Shown here in pieces: positions 61,527-64,000 of a stretch of 64,000 bases of DNA; positions within the stretch are counted from its first letter, which is position 1, and each line of letters begins with the position of its first letter. Source of the DNA: Pseudomonadota bacterium (GTDB lineage Bacteria > Pseudomonadota > Alphaproteobacteria > Sphingomonadales > Sphingomonadaceae). The position numbers and the translations under genes were made by a program. The stretch spans positions 56,165-120,164 of the forward strand of contig JAEWBB010000005.1 in assembly GCA_023391375.1 (NCBI GenBank). Direction: 5' to 3'. Under the pieces are notes generated by a model. The model was not told the DNA's origin, did no database searches, and saw only the letters and a list, made by a program, of their open reading frames with translations.

Positions 61527-62711
61527 TCAGAGCGTGTTGGCGGTGTTGAGCACCGAGAGCCCAGGCAGGATCGATCCGGCGATGATGTTGACGAAACGCT
61601 GGAGCTCAGCCGCGGGGCTGTTCGCGATGTAGACGACGTCGCCGTCGCGCATCGTGAAGCGCTGGGCCGCGAAATAAGTCTCCGGATTTTTCAGGTCGAC
61701 CTGGTAGACGACCGGCACCTTCTGCTCATCCGGCAAGGCGTTGCCATTGATCGGCCGAAGCCGCCGCGCCGGTTCGAAGCGGAAAATGAACACGCCCTTC
61801 GGGTCGGCGCGCATGTCCTGGAGCCCGCCGATACGGCCGAGCGCCTGAGACAGCGTCAGGCCATTCTGCTCGAAGCGCACTTCCTCGTTCTTGCCGGCCG
61901 CGCCGAGGACGGTGAGGCTGTACGGCTGGTAGAGGACCGTCAGCACGTCGTCGCGCTGGAGGATGATGTTCTGGCGCGGATCTTCGACCACGGCGCGCAT
62001 CGGCATGATGACGCTGCGGTCCCCGCGCGTGACTTGGACTGCCACCCGGTCGACCGGCTGCTTCGTCCCGCCTGCCGACGCGATGACGTCGAGCAAGCGC
62101 TCGCCCTTCGGCGTCAGGGGTACACGGCCCGACTGCCCCACTTCGCCGACAACCGAGACGTTGGCGGTCGCGTTGCGGGCCATCCGGACGAGGACCTGCG
62201 GCTGGTTGGCCTTGCCGCGAAGCCGCGAGACAATCGACTGTTCGATCTGGCGGAGCGAGCGGCCGGCGGCCGGAACCTGACCTGCGAACGGAATGCTGAC
62301 CGTGCCGGACGGCCCGACCATCAGGTCCGGCAAGGTGCCGGGACGGCTGGTCTGGATGTCTTCGCCGATCTTGCTGCTGCTCGCCGCCGCACCGGAAAAG
62401 AGCAGTGCGGGGGGGGCTTCCCAGATCGTGACTTCGATGACGTCGCCGATCCCGACGACCGTCCCCACCGGCTGCGCATCACCGATTTCGTCCGAGAAAC
62501 GATGCTGGATATCGCTTTTCGAGAGAATCTCGGCCGTCGGCGTCGTCACCGGGATGACCTGCATCCCCGGGATCGTGGCGTTGGAAGTGCTCTTGAGCAC
62601 GTTGTTGCGCGACGGCCCCACGGCGGTCGACAGGCCTGCCGCCTGGCACCCGGCAAGCGCGGTCAGGCAAGCCATCCAGGTAAGGGGCGCCAGAACCGTT
62701 CGGGCCGACAT
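61527..62711 (-). CDS. Outer-membrane polysaccharide export (OPX) lipoprotein (CtrA/BexD/WcbC type)
   Basis: Lipobox LAGC; G.GDVI.VTIWE, G.VSIPFAG, SLBB-like repeats and GVF.FR motifs. Upstream alternative start at 62744. Confidence 0.92.
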   Translation of the reverse strand: MSARTVLAPLTWMACLTALAGCQAAGLSTAVGPSRNNVLKSTSNATIPGMQVIPVTTPTAEILSKSDIQHRFSDEIGDAQPVGTVVGIGDVIEVTIWEAPPALLFSGAAASSSKIGEDIQTSRPGTLPDLMVGPSGTVSIPFAGQVPAAGRSLRQIEQSIVSRLRGKANQPQVLVRMARNATANVSVVGEVGQSGRVPLTPKGERLLDVIASAGGTKQPVDRVAVQVTRGDRSVIMPMRAVVEDPRQNIILQRDDVLTVLYQPYSLTVLGAAGKNEEVRFEQNGLTLSQALGRIGGLQDMRADPKGVFIFRFEPARRLRPINGNALPDEQKVPVVYQVDLKNPETYFAAQRFTMRDGDVVYIANSPAAELQRFVNIIAGSILPGLSVLNTANTL

Positions 62712-63193
62712 CCGCTGAAGGGAAGATCTGTGCATAGAAGTCATATTTTTCCGAATATTCTTAAGCGGTTACAGTCGCACAACGAGGGCCCGCGTCGCAG
62801 GCTTTCGACGCTGCCTTTGCCATAACCATCCCTTTCCGACAACTGAATGGTTTCTTCGGCAGTTCAACGAGCGAGCGAACGATTAAACGAGGTCGGTTGC
62901 GCTTTGGTCGTAAAATTCATGCGATCCGGGAACCAAACGGTCCCTCACGAAATTGGTACCTGCAAACAGGGGGATCGCATTTTTCGACTGTTTCCCATTT
63001 GCAACAATCGATATTCATCGTAGGGCGCGAGAAGGAACTGATAGACAAGTTGCGAGTATCAGGAGAAGCTAGTCGCTCGAAACGGGGGATCAAGCTAGAA
63101 CATCTTGGTGCTCTGTTGACGTTATCTAGTCGGCAATAGGTCCTGATTTAATTGTTTTGAACTACCCTCAGTGTAAGAGAAAAGGGGAATAAT

Positions 63194-63958
<765 letters not shown>

Positions 63959-63976
63959 CGCAGCGACAAAAATTGG

Positions 63977-64000
63977 CCGGGGCTGGTTATCCAGCTCCGG
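63977..64000 (+). terminator. Probable terminator hairpin (truncated by the window edge)
   Basis: CCGGGGCTGG-TTAT-CCAGCTCCGG just after the stop codon. Confidence 0.55.

Overview
High-GC alphaproteobacterial chromosome segment, most likely Sphingomonas/Sphingomonadaceae. This is inferred from gene content and order (pcm-tolC-popZ-valS, Pro-rich-tailed outer-membrane barrel), not from a database search. Positions 1-32.8 kb are mostly core genes: the 3' end of rppH, a TbpB-like surface lipoprotein, an M20 hydrolase-astA-astB arginine catabolic operon, hemB, a MATE pump, valS, an S9 peptidase, popZ, tolC, pcm, an L,D-transpeptidase, an MFS transporter, cytochrome b561, a beta-oxidation cluster interrupted by two paralogous lipoproteins, purS-purQ, and three tRNAs (Arg-ACG, Cys-GCA, Arg-TCT). 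Directly after tRNA-Arg(TCT), positions 32.8-62.7 kb form a ~30 kb surface-polysaccharide locus. It carries ABC-transporter-dependent capsule export (KpsE/M/T-like plus an OPX lipoprotein), the Kdo-linker enzymes KpsS and KpsC, and its own Kdo supply (kpsF, kdsA, kdsB). It also encodes both GDP-D-rhamnose (manA, manC, gmd, rmd) and dTDP-L-rhamnose (rmlCBDA) pathways, six further glycosyltransferase genes (two multidomain) and two SAM methyltransferases, one with a coiled-coil tail. This hybrid locus is the best candidate for an undescribed system: a Kdo-anchored, possibly methyl-capped D/L-rhamnan capsule in a lineage that generally lacks LPS, with an apparently half-degenerate KpsC. Other leads are an unannotated 53-aa small protein under a GANTC/CtrA-like motif cluster, a sigma54 promoter, several perfect palindromes, an HTH-less LuxR-like sensor and a candidate three-way-junction RNA. 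No integrase, transposase or CRISPR array was seen. Start codons were chosen by eye and may be off.
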